DNA of 64,000 bases from Sphingomonas sp. (GCA_037200705.1 JBBCID010000011.1:248148-312147); one strand, 5' to 3'. Counted from the first letter of the stretch, positions 44,337 through 59,123 are shown. Numbers and translations are program-made. Notes: generated from the sequence alone by a model not told the origin.

Positions 44337-46616
44337 ATGGCCCTCACCGCCGCCGCATCCGCCCGCGAGATCCTGACGCGCCTCCACGACGTGATGGCGA
44401 GGCGCCTGACCGCGCAGACGAAGCTCAATTCGGTGGTCAACATCATCGGCGAGGCGCTCGATAGCGAGGTCTGTTCGATCTACCTGCTGCGCGAGGGCGT
44501 GCTCGAATTGTTCGCGACGCGCGGGCTGGCGCAGGAGGCGGTCCACGTCACCAAGCTCGCGCTCGGCGAGGGGCTGGTCGGCACCATCGCCGCCAATGTC
44601 GAGACGCTCAACCTCGATCAGGCGGCGAGCCACCCCGATTTCGCCTATCGCCCCGAGACGGGCGAGGAGCGCTTCCACAGCTTCGCGGGCGTGCCGATCA
44701 TCCGCCGCGAGCGCGCGGGTGGGGGTGCTTGCGGTCCAGCACGCCGAGCCGCGCCGCTATCACGACCGTCGAGATCGAGGCGCTGCAGACGGTGGCGATG
44801 GTGCTCTCCGAGCTGATCGCCAACGCCGGGCTGGTCGACGCCGCGGGCGGGGGCACGACGCGACCGCAATCGACCGCGGCGGTACGCCTCTCGGGGTTCA
44901 AGCTGGTCGAGGGGATGGCGGCGGGGCAGGCGGTGTTCCACCAGCCGCGGATCATCATCGAGCATACCGTCGCCGAGGACACCGAGGCCGAGCGCCACCG
45001 CGTCTATGCCGCGTTCGACAAGATGCGCGAGCAGATCGACCGGATGGCCAGCCAGGCCGAGTTCGGCAAGGGCGGCGAGCACGACGAGGTGCTCGAGACC
45101 TACAAGATGTTCGCCTATGACGAGGGCTGGAGCCGTCGGATCAACGAGGCGATCGATTCGGGGCTCACCGCCGAGGCGGCGATCGAGCGCGTCCAGCAGC
45201 GCACGCGGATGCGGATGCGCGAGATCAGCGATCCGCTGCTCGCCGATCGGATGCACGACTTGGAGGACCTCTCCAACCGGCTGATCCGGATCGTCTCGGG
45301 CAAGCTCGGCACCGCCGCGCAGCTCGGCCTGAGGCACGATTCGATCCTGATCGCGCGCAACCTGGGCCCCGCCGAGCTGCTCGAATACGATCGCCGACGG
45401 CTGAAGGGCGTGGTGCTCGAGGAAGGATCGCTGACCGCGCACGTGACGATCGTCGCGCGCGCGATGGGGGTGCCGGTGCTCGGGCGCGTCCGCGACGTCA
45501 AGCGGCTGATCGCCGAGGGCGACATGCTGATGCTCGACGTCGGCGAGGAAAGCCTGTTCGTGCGGCCGACCGCGGCGATCGAGGAAGCGTTCGAGGCCAA
45601 GCTGCTGCTCAGCCAGAAGCGCCGCGCCGCCTTCGCCGCGCTCAAGACCGAGCCGCCGGTGACGCTCGACGGCCACCGCGTGACGCTGATGGTCAACGCC
45701 GGGCTGCGCGACGACGTCGCCGCGCTCGACCTGACCGGCGCCGACGGGATCGGGCTGTTCCGCACCGAATTCCAGTTCCTCGTCTCCGCGACGCTCCCGC
45801 AGCGCGAGGCGCAGCGGCGGCTGTACAAGGACGTGCTCGACGCCGCCGGCGATCGTCCGGTGGTGTTCCGCACCGTCGATATCGGCGGCGACAAGGCGCT
45901 CCCCTATCTCAACCACGACGAGGACGGCGAGGAGGAGAACCCGGCGATGGGCTGGCGCGCGCTGCGGCTCAGCCCTCGAGCGCGACGGGCTGATGAAGGC
46001 GCAGGCGCGCGCCTTGCTCGAGGCGGCGGCGGGGCGGACGCTCAGCGTGATGTTCCCGATGGTCTCCGAGCCCTGGGAGTTCGACGAGGCGCGCGCCCTG
46101 TTCGAGGCGCAGCGGCTGTGGCTCGGATCGCGCGGGCGCAAGCTGCCCAAGGAGATTCGCTACGGCGCGATGCTCGAGGTGCCGGCGCTCGCCGAGGTGC
46201 TCGATATCCTGCTGCCCCGGCTCGATTTCCTTTCGGTCGGCACCAACGACCTGACCCAGTTCCTGTTCGCCGCCGATCGCGCGCATCCCAAGCTGGCGCT
46301 GCGCTACGACTGGCTGAGCCTGTCGATCCTGCGCTTCCTCACCCGCGTCATCGATCAGGCCAGGGCGGCGGACGTGCCGATCGCGGTGTGCGGCGAGATG
46401 GGCGGTCGGCCCCTGGAAGCGATGGCGTTGATCGGGCTGGGGATCGACCGGCTCTCGATCACCCCCGCGGCGGTCGGCCCGATCAAGGCGATGATCCGAT
46501 CGCTCGATCGCGCCGCGCTGATCGGGCACATGCAGGGCGCCTTGCGCGAACCCATTGGTCCGCTTCGGGAATCGCTCGGGCAATGGGCGTCCGAACATTC
46601 GGTCGAGCTGGCCTGA
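44337..46616 (+). CDS. ptsP: PEP-protein phosphotransferase EI(Ntr) (frameshifted)
   Basis: N-terminal GAF domain, AHVTIVARAMG, GLFRTEF, SVGTNDLTQ. Confidence 0.95.
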
Positions 46617-46725
46617 TCCCTGGTTGGATTTCGTCGCGGGCACGTTGACAGCCGAGCCCCCGTGAGAGACACCGCCCGCGAGACGGGACCAGCGCGTCGC
46701 ACCCCCGAACCCGTCGGAGATCAGG

Positions 46726-47640
46726 ATGGAAGGCGAGCCCCAGGAAGAGGCCACGCTGTTTCCGACGACGGTCGGCGAGAAGCTGCGCGCGGCGCGCGAG
46801 GCGCGCGACGTCAACCTCGCCGATATCGCCGCGAGCACGCGCATTCCGCTGCGCCATCTCGAGGCGATCGAGCGCGGCAATTATGCCCAGCTCCCTTCCT
46901 CCACTTATGCGCTGGGGTTCGCCAAGGCCTATGCACGCGCGGTCGGCGTCGACGAGGTGGCGATCGCGCGCGACCTGCGCGTCGAGCTCGGCGACCGCTA
47001 CGACCGCGTGACGCCGCCGCCGATCACCTATGAGATGCGCGATTCGTCGCGGACGCCGCCGAGCGGCCTGGTGTGGGTCGGGCTGATCGTCGCGGTGCTG
47101 GTGCTGGTCGGGGTCGGGCTGTGGTACGGCACCGATCTGTTCCGCGGCAGCGCGCCCGCCCCCGAGGGGCTCGCCGCCGAGCCGACCCCGACGCCGTCGC
47201 CCTCCGACACGCCGACCGCCGTCGCCGGCGGCCAGGTCTCTTTGGTCGCGCTCGACGCGGTCTGGCTGCGCGTCACCGACGCGACCGGCAAGAAGCTGTT
47301 CGAAAAGGAAATGGCGGCGGGCGAGCGCTTCGACGTGCCCCCGACGCCGCTTCGACGTGCCCCCGACGCCGACCATCCGATCGCCAAGACCGGCCGCGCC
47401 GACAAGATCCAAGTGACCGTCAACGGATCGAACGTCGCGCCGCTCGGGCCCCCCGAGACGACCGTCGAGACCGAAGTGAGCGCGGCGGCGCTGCTCGCAC
47501 GCGGCGCACCGGGCGCGACGCCCACGCCCACGCCCGTCGGGCGCCGCAGCGCGTCCTCGACCCACGCCGCGCCGCTCGATCTGGCGACGCCGGCGCCCGG
47601 GCCGGCGCCGAGCGCGACGCCGACCCCATCGGCGCCGTGA
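46726..47640 (+). CDS. rodZ: RodZ-like HTH/DUF4115 protein
   Basis: VGEKLRAAREA HTH, YALGFAKAYARAVG, TM helix, VWLRVTD. Confidence 0.85.
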   Translation: MEGEPQEEATLFPTTVGEKLRAAREARDVNLADIAASTRIPLRHLEAIERGNYAQLPSSTYALGFAKAYARAVGVDEVAIARDLRVELGDRYDRVTPPPITYEMRDSSRTPPSGLVWVGLIVAVLVLVGVGLWYGTDLFRGSAPAPEGLAAEPTPTPSPSDTPTAVAGGQVSLVALDAVWLRVTDATGKKLFEKEMAAGERFDVPPTPLRRAPDADHPIAKTGRADKIQVTVNGSNVAPLGPPETTVETEVSAAALLARGAPGATPTPTPVGRRSASSTHAAPLDLATPAPGPAPSATPTPSAP

Positions 47641-47719
47641 GCCGTTGGCCTTGGGACTGGCGACAAGCCGCGCGGGTCCGCTATAGATGGGCGGGATCAA
47701 TGCACCCGGGGGTGTGGTA

Positions 47720-48686
47720 ATGCGTATCTTGATGGCGGCCGCGGTGGCGGTGACTGCGCTGGGCGTGAGCGGAACGGCGCATGCGCAATCGACGCCGCTC
47801 GAAAGCCGGGTCGATCGGCTCGAGCACGAAATGCGCGCGGTGCAGCGCAAGGTCTTCCCCGGCGGCGCCGGCCAGACCTTTGAGCCGCAGATCACCGCCG
47901 AGGCGCCCGCGGCCGACGTGCCCGGCGCGCCCGCGACCAGCCCGATCACCGATCTCACCCAGCGCGTCGCCGCGCTCGAGGCACAGGTGGCTACGCTGAC
48001 CGGGCAGGTCGAGCAGCTCGGCTTCCACCAGCGCCAGCTCGAGGACGCGTTCAACGCGAGCAGGCATTCGATCGAGGCGCGGGTGAAGGCGCTCGAGGAC
48101 ACGGCCTCGGCGGTCGGCACCACGCATGCGCCCGATGCGGTGCTGGTCCCGCCAGCCGACCCGATTCCGGGCGCCGGCCGATGCGCCCCGCCAAGCCCCT
48201 GGCCAAGCCCGCCGCGAAGCCTCCCGTCACCGCCGCCGCGCCGGCAGGCTCGCGCGCGGCGCAGCTCGCCGCGATCGAGCATCCGGCGACCGGCGACGAG
48301 GCCGAGGACGGCTATCTCTACGGCTATCGGCTGTGGCAGGCGAAGCTCTATCCCGAGGCGCGCCGCGCGCTCGAGGACGTCGTCGCCAAATATCCAAGCA
48401 CCGCCGCGCCAGCTTCGCGCAGAATCTGCTCGGGCGCGCCTATCTCGATGCCGGCGCGCCGAGCCTGGCGGCGGTCGCCTTCTACGACAATTACAAGAAA
48501 AACCCGAACGGCGAGCGCGCGCCCGACAGCCTGTATTATCTCGCGACCGCGCTGGTCCAGCTCAAGAAGCCGGCGAGCGAGGTGTGCAAGGTCTATTCGG
48601 AGCTGACCCAAATCTATGGCGATCGGCTGTCCGACGGGATGAAGACCGGAGTCGCCGAGGGCCGCACCAAGAACAAGTGCCCGTGA
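47720..48686 (+). CDS. CpoB/YbgF-like TPR protein (frameshifted)
   Basis: Signal peptide, coiled coil, NLLGRAY...GERAPDSLYYL TPR; upstream of tilS. Confidence 0.8.
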
Positions 48687-48687
48687 G

Positions 48688-49708
48688 GTGCCGCCGCCCG
48701 ATCCGGCGCTGATCGCACGGTTCCGCGCGGATCTCGAGGCGATCACCGGACGGGCGCCGGAGGCCGGCAGCAGGTGGCCGTCGCGGTCTCGGGCGGCGCG
48801 GACAGCCTGGGCTTGCTGCTGCTCGCGGCGGCCGCTTATCCGGGTGCGGTAGTGGCGGCGACCATCGATCACCAGCTTCGCGCCGAATCGGCCGCCGAGG
48901 CTGCCGAGGTCCACGCGATCTGCGAAACGCTGGGTGTGCCGCACGATATCCTGCGGTCTTCGGATCGGATCAAACCCCAGGGCAATCTGCAGGAGGAGGC
49001 GCGCGGCATGCGCTATACGCTGCTGTCGCTATGGGCGGGCTCGGCGGATTTCGCCGGAACGCGACCCTGGCGCGCCGAGTGGGTGGCCACCGCGCATCAG
49101 CAGGACGACGTCGCGAGGGGTTCCTGATGCGCGCGCGTCGCGGCGCCGGGGTGGGCGGTCTGGCCGAGATGGCCCGGGCGAGGCCCTTGCTGGATCCCAG
49201 GCCGGGTCCCCCGCTGATCCGGCCGCTGCTCGGCTGGCGACGTGCCAAGATCGCCGGGGTCGTCGCCGCAGCCGGCATCGCGCCGATCGAAGACCCGTCG
49301 AACCGCCATCCGAGATTCGACCGCAGCCGTATTCGCGGCCTGCTCGCCTCGACCGATGAGCTGCCCACCGATCGCCTGGCGATGGCCGCCCGAAACCTGC
49401 GCCACGCCGAGGAGGCACTGACGTGGGCGACCGAACGCGAATGGGCGATGCGAAGCCGCGTTGACCGCGAATCGGTCGGGATCGATCCGTCGGGACTGCC
49501 TTATGAACTGCGGCGCCGGTTGGCGTTGCATGCGATCCGGCAGGTCCGCGCCGAGTTCGGCCTGGAGGGGCTCTGGCGCGAGACGGGGATCGATCGTCTC
49601 GTCGACCTGCTCGACTCGGGTTCGGCGGGGACCCTGGCCGGGGTGATGGCGCGCACCAAGGGCTCGCTGTGGATCTTCACCCCGGCTCCGCCGCGCCGAT
49701 CACACTGA
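48688..49708 (+). CDS. tilS: tRNA(Ile)-lysidine synthase (frameshifted)
   Basis: [30 protein letters not shown]. Confidence 0.93.
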
Positions 49709-49778
49709 TCGCCACTGTTCCATTGCCATTAACCCGCGCGCGCCTATCTTGAGGGGACGCGAAAAGTATCGAGCGCCC

Positions 49779-51737
<1,959 letters not shown>

Positions 51738-51749
51738 GCGCAGCGGCGC

Positions 51750-52160
51750 TTGCGTACCCTCGCCACCGTCGCCGCGCTCGCGCTGGCGGTTGCCGCCCCC
51801 GGCCTGCGCGCGCAGGAGGCGGCGCCGATAAGCGTGGCGGAGTTCCTCGTGCTCTGGGGAAAGGTCCAGAGCCAGAAGCCGATTTCGCCGACCGCGCCCG
51901 ACACGATCCAGCTCGCGCACCTGTTCGGCGATACCGCGAAGGCCTATAAGGAACAGCTCGAGGCCGATGAAAGGGCCGGCCGGCCGCCGCGCGCATGCCC
52001 GATCAAGGGCAGCACCGACACCATGACCATGGACGAGATCGCCGACGCGCTGGATGCGATTCCCGAGGCTTTCCGCGGCCAGCCGTTCCGCGACGCAATG
52101 TTCGATTTTCTCGACAAACGCTATCCCTGCCCAGCTACCCCAGCATCCCCAGCAGGATGA
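51750..52160 (+). CDS. Secreted hypothetical protein
   Basis: Signal peptide; GRPPRACP...DKRYPC Cys pair. Confidence 0.7.
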   Translation: MRTLATVAALALAVAAPGLRAQEAAPISVAEFLVLWGKVQSQKPISPTAPDTIQLAHLFGDTAKAYKEQLEADERAGRPPRACPIKGSTDTMTMDEIADALDAIPEAFRGQPFRDAMFDFLDKRYPCPATPASPAG

Positions 52161-53190
52161 GGATCGCCAGGAACGCGACCAGCACGATCTCGATGAAGAA
52201 GCACAGCACCAGCGTTCGCATTAGCGTCGCGAGCCAGCCCAGCCGATAGGCCTGCTTGAGCTGGCGGAACAGATGGACGAACGGCACCACGAACGCCACG
52301 CCGATCAGCAGTCCGCTCGAAACCCCCGCCGCGGCGCCGAGCGTGATCGCGATGAACAGCAACGAGATGAACGCGATCGAATAGGTGATGAAGACCGTGT
52401 GGTCGTAGAGCCGATACTCGCGCTTCCATGCGAACAGCAGCCATACGAACGGCAGCGACAAGGGGATCAGCAGCCACGAGAATTTGTAGACGCTCGACTG
52501 GAGCTTGTAGAGCATCAGCGACGGGTTCTTGTCCCATTTCTCGAGCCCGTGATCGAGCGGCGCCCAGCCGGTCCGGCGGGTCGAGACGCGGACGCCGTGC
52601 GGATCGAGCTTCGGGATTGCCGCGTCGATCACCTTGAGATCCTGGTCGGCCTCGGCGATGCGCTCGGCGAGCCTGGCGCGCTCGGGATCGCTCACGGCGC
52701 GCGCGTCGCGCTCGGCGATCGCGTCGGTGCGCTTCTCGATCAGCGCCTTGCGCGCCTGCGCCATCGCCGCCGCCGGCCGCGCCGCCGCCGACTCGACGTC
52801 GGTCGGCGCCGAGACGCCGAAGATCTGGAACACCGCGAACATCGTGAAGATCGAGAAGAGGAACAGCGCCATCGGCGACACGAACCGCGCGCGCTCGCCC
52901 TCGATATAGCGGCGCGTCAGCTCGCCCGGGCGCCACGCCAGCAGCGGCAGCGTCCGCCATAATTTGCCCTCGAAATGCGCGACGCCGTGGAGGATCTCGT
53001 GCCCGATCGCGCCCAGCGAGCGGTGGACGTGCGCCGACTGCCCGCAGGCATGGCAATAGGCGCCGACCAGCGCGGTGCCGCAGTTGAGGCAGATCTCCGC
53101 GTGCCCGCCGCCCTCGCCCGCGCGCGGCTCGATCGCGCGGCCGAGCAGCCCGCCGGTGACGATCTCGCCCGCCGCGTCGAATTCCCCCAT
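52135..53190 (-). CDS. DUF3667-domain membrane protein
   Basis: CLNCG...[27 protein letters not shown]. Confidence 0.9.
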   Translation of the reverse strand: MGEFDAAGEIVTGGLLGRAIEPRAGEGGGHAEICLNCGTALVGAYCHACGQSAHVHRSLGAIGHEILHGVAHFEGKLWRTLPLLAWRPGELTRRYIEGERARFVSPMALFLFSIFTMFAVFQIFGVSAPTDVESAAARPAAAMAQARKALIEKRTDAIAERDARAVSDPERARLAERIAEADQDLKVIDAAIPKLDPHGVRVSTRRTGWAPLDHGLEKWDKNPSLMLYKLQSSVYKFSWLLIPLSLPFVWLLFAWKREYRLYDHTVFITYSIAFISLLFIAITLGAAAGVSSGLLIGVAFVVPFVHLFRQLKQAYRLGWLATLMRTLVLCFFIEIVLVAFLAILILLGMLG

Positions 53191-53237
53191 GCCGCTTTCG
53201 CTACCAGCTTGGGCCCCGGCGTGCTAGCGGCTTGCCC

Positions 53238-54497
53238 ATGTCCGGGATCGACATCCCCTCGCTGATGGCCGCGATGAGCGGCCGCGCCCGCGCCGCCGGC
53301 GCCGCGCTCGCGGCGATGGACAGCAGCGCCAAGGCGCGCGCGCTGATGGCCGCCGCCGCCGCGATCCGCGTCGATCGCGACGCGATCCTCGCCGCCAATG
53401 CCGAGGACATGGCGATGGGCGCGGCCAAAGGCCTGTCGGGCGCGCTGCTCGATCGGCTGCGGCTCGACGCGGGCCGGATCGAGGCGATGGCGGCGGGAGT
53501 CGAGGCGGTGTCGCGGCTCGACGATCCGGTCGGCCAAGTCATCGATCGCGCCGAACGCCCCAATGGCCTGATGCTCACGCGCGTCCGCATTCCGATCGGG
53601 GTGATCGGCATCGTCTACGAGAGCCGCCCCAACGTCACCGCCGACGCGGGCGCGCTGTGCGTGATGTCGGGCAACGCCGCGATCCTGCGCGGTGGATCGG
53701 AAGCGATCCGCAGCAACCGCGCGATCCACGCCGCGCTCGCGCGCGGGCTGGCGGCGGGCGGCGCCCCGGCCGACGCGGTCCAGCTCGTGCCGGTGACTGA
53801 TCGCGCGGCGGTCGGCGCGATGCTCGCCGCCGAGGGCGCGATCGACATGGTGGTGCCGCGCGGCGGCAAGAGCCTGGTCGCGCGCGTCCAGGCCGAGGCG
53901 CGCGTGCCCGTGCTCGCGCACCTCGACGGACTGTGCCACACCTATATCGACCGCGGCGCCGATCCGGCGATGGCGCAAGAGATCGCGCTCAACGCCAAGA
54001 TGCGCCGCACCGGCATCTGCGGCGCGACCGAGACCTTGCTGATCGATCGCGGCTTCGCCGATCCCGCGCCGGTGCTCGCCGCGCTGGCCGACGCCGGGTG
54101 CGAATTGCGCGGCGACGCCGACGTCGTTGCCATCGAGCCGCGCGCGCATCTCGCCAACGCCGAGGATTGGGATACCGAATATCTCGATTCGATCCTGGCG
54201 GTGAAGCTGGTCGACGGGCTCGACGCGGCGATGGCGCATATCGCCCGCCACGGCTCGCACCATACCGACGCGATCGTCACCGACGATCCCGCCACCGCGG
54301 AGCGCTTCCTCAACGCCGTCGACAGCGCGATCGTGATGTGGAACGCCTCGACCCAGTTCGCCGACGGCGGCGAGTTCGGGCTGGGCGCCGAGATCGGCAT
54401 CTCCACGGGCCGCCTCCACGCGCGCGGCCCGGTCGCGCTCGAGGGGCTGACGACATACAAATGGGTGGTGCGGGGGACGGGGCAGGCGCGGCCTTGA
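53238..54497 (+). CDS. proA: Gamma-glutamyl phosphate reductase
   Basis: [31 protein letters not shown]. Confidence 0.97.
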   Translation: MSGIDIPSLMAAMSGRARAAGAALAAMDSSAKARALMAAAAAIRVDRDAILAANAEDMAMGAAKGLSGALLDRLRLDAGRIEAMAAGVEAVSRLDDPVGQVIDRAERPNGLMLTRVRIPIGVIGIVYESRPNVTADAGALCVMSGNAAILRGGSEAIRSNRAIHAALARGLAAGGAPADAVQLVPVTDRAAVGAMLAAEGAIDMVVPRGGKSLVARVQAEARVPVLAHLDGLCHTYIDRGADPAMAQEIALNAKMRRTGICGATETLLIDRGFADPAPVLAALADAGCELRGDADVVAIEPRAHLANAEDWDTEYLDSILAVKLVDGLDAAMAHIARHGSHHTDAIVTDDPATAERFLNAVDSAIVMWNASTQFADGGEFGLGAEIGISTGRLHARGPVALEGLTTYKWVVRGTGQARP

Positions 54498-54528
54498 TGG
54501 CCATGCATCATTTGTATACATTGGGTGC

Positions 54529-54780
54529 ATGAAGACTTTCGTCGTCACCGCGCGTCTCGATTCGGAAACTCTCGCCGGGCTCGACAAGCTCGCCGAATAT
54601 CACGAGCGCTCGCGCGCCTGGCTCGTCGCCAAGGCGATCAAGCAATATGTGAAGGAGGAGAGCGAGTTCTTCGCGTTTCTCAAGGAAGGCGAGGATGCGA
54701 TCGATCGAGGCGAATATCTGACGCAGGAGGAAATGGAGGAATGGGTCGCGAATTTGCATAAGACCGCCGACGCGGCATGA
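54529..54780 (+). CDS. CopG/RHH antitoxin
   Basis: VTARLD...LDKLA...RSRAWLVAKAIKQYV...EGEDAIDRG. Confidence 0.88.
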   Translation: MKTFVVTARLDSETLAGLDKLAEYHERSRAWLVAKAIKQYVKEESEFFAFLKEGEDAIDRGEYLTQEEMEEWVANLHKTADAA

Positions 54781-55063
54781 CGGCCGTCCGATGGTCGCGC
54801 GAGGCCCAGGCTGACGCCGCTTCCATCGACGAACATTATCACCAGCTCAACCCGGATACGCCGCACGTGTCGCCCGACAGGCCGTCAAGGCCGCGCGCTT
54901 TCTCGCGGAAAATCCAGAGGCCGGTCCCCCCGTCGGCAATCGCACGCGCAAATGGCGCGTCGCCGGAACGCCCTATCTGCTGTTCTACCGTCACGACGGA
55001 AAGTTTCTGCGGATCGTTCGCCTGATCCATGCGGCGCGCAACTGGCGGGATGAAATCGAATGA
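54777..55063 (+). CDS. RelE/ParE-family toxin (frameshifted)
   Basis: VRWSREAQAD...LAENPEAG...PYLLFYR...IVRLIHAARNW; ATGA overlaps on both sides. Confidence 0.85.
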
Positions 55064-55683
55064 AACGCGTCGGCCTCCTCGGCGGATCGTTCAATCCGGC
55101 GCATCCCGGGCATCGCGCGATCTCGCTCCACGCGCTGCGCGCGCTCGGGCTCGACGAGGTGTGGTGGCTGGTCTCGCCCGGCAATCCGCTCAAGCCCGAG
55201 GCGGGGATGGCGCCGTTCGCCGCGCGCAAGGCCTCGGCGCGGCGGATGGCGCGCCACGCGCCGATCCACGTCACCGGGATCGAGCAAAGGCTCGGCACGC
55301 GCTACACCGCCGATACGCTGGCCAGGCTGACGCGGATGTTCCGTCGCCACCGCTTCGTCTGGCTGATGGGCGCGGACAATCTGGCGCAATTCCACCAGTG
55401 GCAGGATTGGCGCGGGATCGCGCGCGAGGTTCCGATTGCGGTGATCGCGCGTCCGGGCTATGATGCATCCGCTCGCGCAAGTCCTGCGATGAGTTGGCTG
55501 CGGCGCTTTGTGCGGCCCGCAGGCCAGGCCAAGAATTGGACGCGATGGAGATTGCCGGCACTCGTGCTGTTGCGCTTCCGCCCCGATCCGACGTCGGCGA
55601 CACGCCTTCGGGCCGTCGACCCTGCCTGGCACCGGCGATTTTCGCCGCCTCCAGAACCACCCGCCACACTGTCGAACCCCTAG
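55060..55683 (+). CDS. nadD: Nicotinate-nucleotide adenylyltransferase
   Basis: GGSFNPAHPGH, WLMGADNL, SATRLR. Confidence 0.95.
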   Translation: MKRVGLLGGSFNPAHPGHRAISLHALRALGLDEVWWLVSPGNPLKPEAGMAPFAARKASARRMARHAPIHVTGIEQRLGTRYTADTLARLTRMFRRHRFVWLMGADNLAQFHQWQDWRGIAREVPIAVIARPGYDASARASPAMSWLRRFVRPAGQAKNWTRWRLPALVLLRFRPDPTSATRLRAVDPAWHRRFSPPPEPPATLSNP

Positions 55684-55691
55684 GAGTCCTC

Positions 55692-56096
55692 TTGGCAACA
55701 TCCCCCAATGTGCTGCGTTCGCCCGATACCGACGGTATCGAGGCGCTGCATCAACTCGTGCTTTCCTCGCTCGACGACGATCAGGCGGTCGAGACCGTCT
55801 CGATCCCGCTGGCGGGCAAGTCCAGCATCGCCGATTACATGGTGGTGGCCTCGGGCCGTTCGACGCGGCAGGTCGCGTCGATGGCCAACAAGCTCGCCGA
55901 GCGGATCAAGGCCGAATGCGGCCGCTCCGCGCGGGTCGAGGGGCTGCCCACCGCCGATTGGGTGCTGATCGATGCCGGCGACGTGATCGTCCACCTGTTT
56001 CGCCCCGAGGTGCGCAGCTTCTACAATCTCGAGCGCATGTGGGCGTTCGGCGACGCGCCGGTCGTCCAGGGCCTGAATCCCCAAGTGGAGCGCTGA
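55692..56096 (+). CDS. rsfS: Ribosome silencing factor
   Basis: ADYMVVASGRS, WVLIDAGDVIVHLF, FYNLERMW. Confidence 0.95.
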   Translation: MATSPNVLRSPDTDGIEALHQLVLSSLDDDQAVETVSIPLAGKSSIADYMVVASGRSTRQVASMANKLAERIKAECGRSARVEGLPTADWVLIDAGDVIVHLFRPEVRSFYNLERMWAFGDAPVVQGLNPQVER

Positions 56097-56097
56097 G

Positions 56098-56520
56098 ATG
56101 CTGCTCCACATCGTCGCGCGCGGGCGGATCGGCCGGGGGGCCGAGGCCGAGTTCGTCGAGCGTTACCTCAAGCGGCTCGCCTGGCCGAGCCGCGTGACCG
56201 AGCTTCCCGACACCGGCGGGCGGATGCCCGCGATCGAGGGCGCGACGCGGATCGTCGTGCTCGACGAGACCGGCGATAGCCTGCCCTCGCGCGTGCTCGC
56301 CGAGCGGCTCGGCGCATGGCGCGACGACGGCATCCGCGAGGCGCGCTTCCTGATCGGCGCGGCCGATGGCTTCGACGATGCCGACCGCGCCGGCGCGGAC
56401 CTGCTGCTCTCGTTCGGGCGCGCGACCTGGCCGCACCTCTTAGCGCGCGCGATGCTCGCCGAGCAGCTCTGGCGCGCCACCTCGATCCTTGCCAACCATC
56501 CCTATCACCGCGAAGGGTGA
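56098..56520 (+). CDS. rlmH: 23S rRNA m3Psi1915 methyltransferase
   Basis: FLIGAADG, TWPHLLARAMLAEQLWRA, HPYHR. Confidence 0.95.
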   Translation: MLLHIVARGRIGRGAEAEFVERYLKRLAWPSRVTELPDTGGRMPAIEGATRIVVLDETGDSLPSRVLAERLGAWRDDGIREARFLIGAADGFDDADRAGADLLLSFGRATWPHLLARAMLAEQLWRATSILANHPYHREG

Positions 56521-56523
56521 GCC

Positions 56524-57711
56524 ATGGGCCCGGCACGCAGTCTGACGCTCGCCGCTGCGCTGCTGGCGATGCTCGCCGGCGGCGGCTGGTGCGCGCGCAG
56601 GCGCCGAGCCTGGGCGAGCAGATGGGCCGCCTCAAGAGCGCGACCGCCGATTCGCAAGCCGCGCTGGCGCGCAGCCACGCGCTCGAGGCCGCCGCTGCCG
56701 GGGAACGCGACCGCGCGGTGCAGGCGCGCGCGCAGGAAGCCGCCGCCGCCGAGCGGATCAAGGCCGCCGAAGCGGACATCCTCGCCGCGCGCGCGCGAAT
56801 CGCGATCGTCGACCGGCTGCTCGCCGCGCAGCGCACGCGCGTCGCCGAGCGGCAGGGGCCGATCATGGAGCTGATCGCCGCGCTCCAGTCGATGGCGCGG
56901 CGGCCGGCGGCGCTGGGGCTGGTCCAGCCGGGATCGACCGAGGACATGGTCCATGTCCGCGCGGTGCTCGGCACGGTGATGCCGGTGGTCGCGGCGCGCA
57001 CCGCCGACGTCCGCGCCGAGCTCGATCGCGTCCGCGGGCTGCGCGCGCAGGCCGTGGCGGCGGTCGAGGGGCTGCGCCAGGGCCGCCAGCGGCTCGAGGA
57101 CGAGCGCGTCGCGCTGGTGCGGCTCGAGGCCGAGCACCGGATGCGCTCGCAGCAGCTCGATCGCAGCGCGATGGTCGAATCGGACCGCGCAATCGCGCTC
57201 GGCGAGCATGCGCGCGACCTGGTCGACCAGATGCAGTCGATGGGCGCCGCCGCGGCGCTGGGCGGCGACCTCGCGGCGCTGCCCGGCCCGCTGCCGCGCC
57301 CGCCGCAGCCGGGCGATCCGACCGCCGCCCCGGCGAGCACGCGCCCGCCCGCCTATCGGCTGCCCGCGGCGGGGCAGGTGGTGACCGGGCTCGGCGAGCT
57401 CTCGGATTACCGGCGTGCGCGCGCGCGGCGTGACGCTTGCCGTGGCGCCGGGCGCGCCGGCGGTGGCGCCGGCGGGCGGGCGGATCCTCTACGCGACGGG
57501 CTTCCGCGATTACGGCGGGATCGTCATCATCGATCACGGCCAGGGGTGGACCTCGCTGATCACCGGGCTCGGCGACGTCGCGGTCGCGCGCGGCCAGGCG
57601 ATCGCTCAGGGCCAGCCGATCGGCCACGCCGCGGGCGGCGAATCGCCCCGGCTGACGGTCGAGCTGCGGCGGCGCGGGCGCCCGATGGACCTGACCCGGC
57701 TGCTCGACTGA
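56524..57711 (+). CDS. Murein hydrolase activator EnvC family (frameshifted)
   Basis: Coiled coil plus M23-like C-terminus YGGIVIIDHGQG...VELRRRGRP. Confidence 0.85.
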
Positions 57712-57784
57712 TCCGCTTTGCCCGCCTCGCAAATGCCGCTATGCTGGGGCAATACACGCGCGACCCGTTTCCGAAAGTCAGTTG

Positions 57785-59116
57785 ATGCTTCGTCCGTTAC
57801 TCCAGGTTACCGCCGCCGTCAGCGCGCTGGCGCTGATCCCGATCTCGACCGCCGCGATGGCCGGCGTCGACGCCGGCAGCTATCACGAGCTCGAGGTGTT
57901 CATGGAGGTCTTCAACCGGGTGAAGGGCCGATTACGTCGACAAGGTCGACGATCAGACGCTGGTCAAGGGCGCGATCGAGGGGATGCTCGCCGCGCTCGA
58001 TCCGCACAGCTCCTATGCCGACGGTCTCGATTTCGACAATCTCAAGATCCAGACCGAGGCACCTATGGCGGGCTCGGCCTCAGGCGTCACGCTCGAGGAC
58101 GGCGCGGTCAAGGTGATCGCGCCGACCGAGGACACGCCGGCCTCGCGCGCCGGGATCAAATCGGGCGACTTCATCACCCATCTCGACGGCAAGTTCATCG
58201 TCGGCGGCAGCCTCGACGACGCGATCAAGCAGATGCGCGGCGCGCCGGGCACCAAGATCACGCTCACCGTCGTGCGCCCGGCGCGGACAAGCCGCTCCAG
58301 TTCACGCTGGTGCGCGAGATCATCGTCACCAAGCCGGTGAAGTGGGAGGTCAGGGGCGACGTCGGCTATATCAACATCAACACCTTCACCGCCTCGACCG
58401 GCGCCGACACCGCGGCGGCGGTGAAGGGAATCGACGCCAAGCTGGGGCACAAGCCGCTCGGCTATGTCGTCGACCTGCGCGAGAACGGCGGCGGGCTGCT
58501 CAGCGAGGCGATCGGCGTCTCCGACGTGTTCCTCAGCCACGGCGAGATCGTCTCCCAGCGCGGGCGCGAGAAGACCGACATCGAGCGCTATTACGCCGAA
58601 TCCATGTTCCCGGGAGATTTGGCGAGCGGGCTGCCGGTGATCGTGCTGGTCGATTCGGGCACCGCCTCGGCCTCCGAGATCGTCGCCGGCGCGCTCCAGG
58701 ACCATCACCGCGCGCTGGTGATGGGCGAGCGCAGCTTCGGCAAGGGATCGGTCCAGTCGATCATCCAGATGGGCCCGCGCGCCCGCGCTGCGGCTCACCA
58801 CCGCGCGCTATTACACGCCCTCGGGTCATTCGGTGCAGGAAGGCGGGATCAAGCCCGACGTCGCCGTGCCGCAGCTCTCCGATCCGATTACAAGGACCGG
58901 CCGGTGCTGCGCGAGGCCGACCTGCGCCGCCACCTGATCAACCAGGCCAATGTCGACGATTCTGTGCTCGAGGACGACGCCAAGCCCGATCCGCGCTTCT
59001 CGCAGACCGCCGACCAGCTCAAGAAGCAGGGCATCGACGACTTCCAGCTCCACTACGCGCTCCAGACGATCGCGCGGCTGGGCGCGCCCGCGCGGCTCGC
59101 GACCAAGGGCAAGTAG
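57785..59116 (+). CDS. ctpA: S41 carboxyl-terminal protease (frameshifted)
   Basis: LDPHSSY, PDZ domain, [27 protein letters not shown]. Confidence 0.9.
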   Translation: MLRPLLQVTAAVSALALIPISTAAMAGVDAGSYHELEVFMEVFNRVKGRLRRQGRRSDAGQGRDRGDARRARSAQLLCRRSRFRQSQDPDRGTYGGLGLRRHARGRRGQGDRADRGHAGLARRDQIGRLHHPSRRQVHRRRQPRRRDQADARRAGHQDHAHRRAPGADKPLQFTLVREIIVTKPVKWEVRGDVGYININTFTASTGADTAAAVKGIDAKLGHKPLGYVVDLRENGGGLLSEAIGVSDVFLSHGEIVSQRGREKTDIERYYAESMFPGDLASGLPVIVLVDSGTASASEIVAGALQDHHRALVMGERSFGKGSVQSIIQMGPRARAAAHHRALLHALGSFGAGRRDQARRRRAAALRSDYKDRPVLREADLRRHLINQANVDDSVLEDDAKPDPRFSQTADQLKKQGIDDFQLHYALQTIARLGAPARLATKGK

Positions 59117-59123
59117 CGGCCCC

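Noticed and set aside
47327-47370. 22-bp tandem duplication in rodZ
   Set aside because: It lies in the error-rich part of the assembly and is most likely a consensus artefact.
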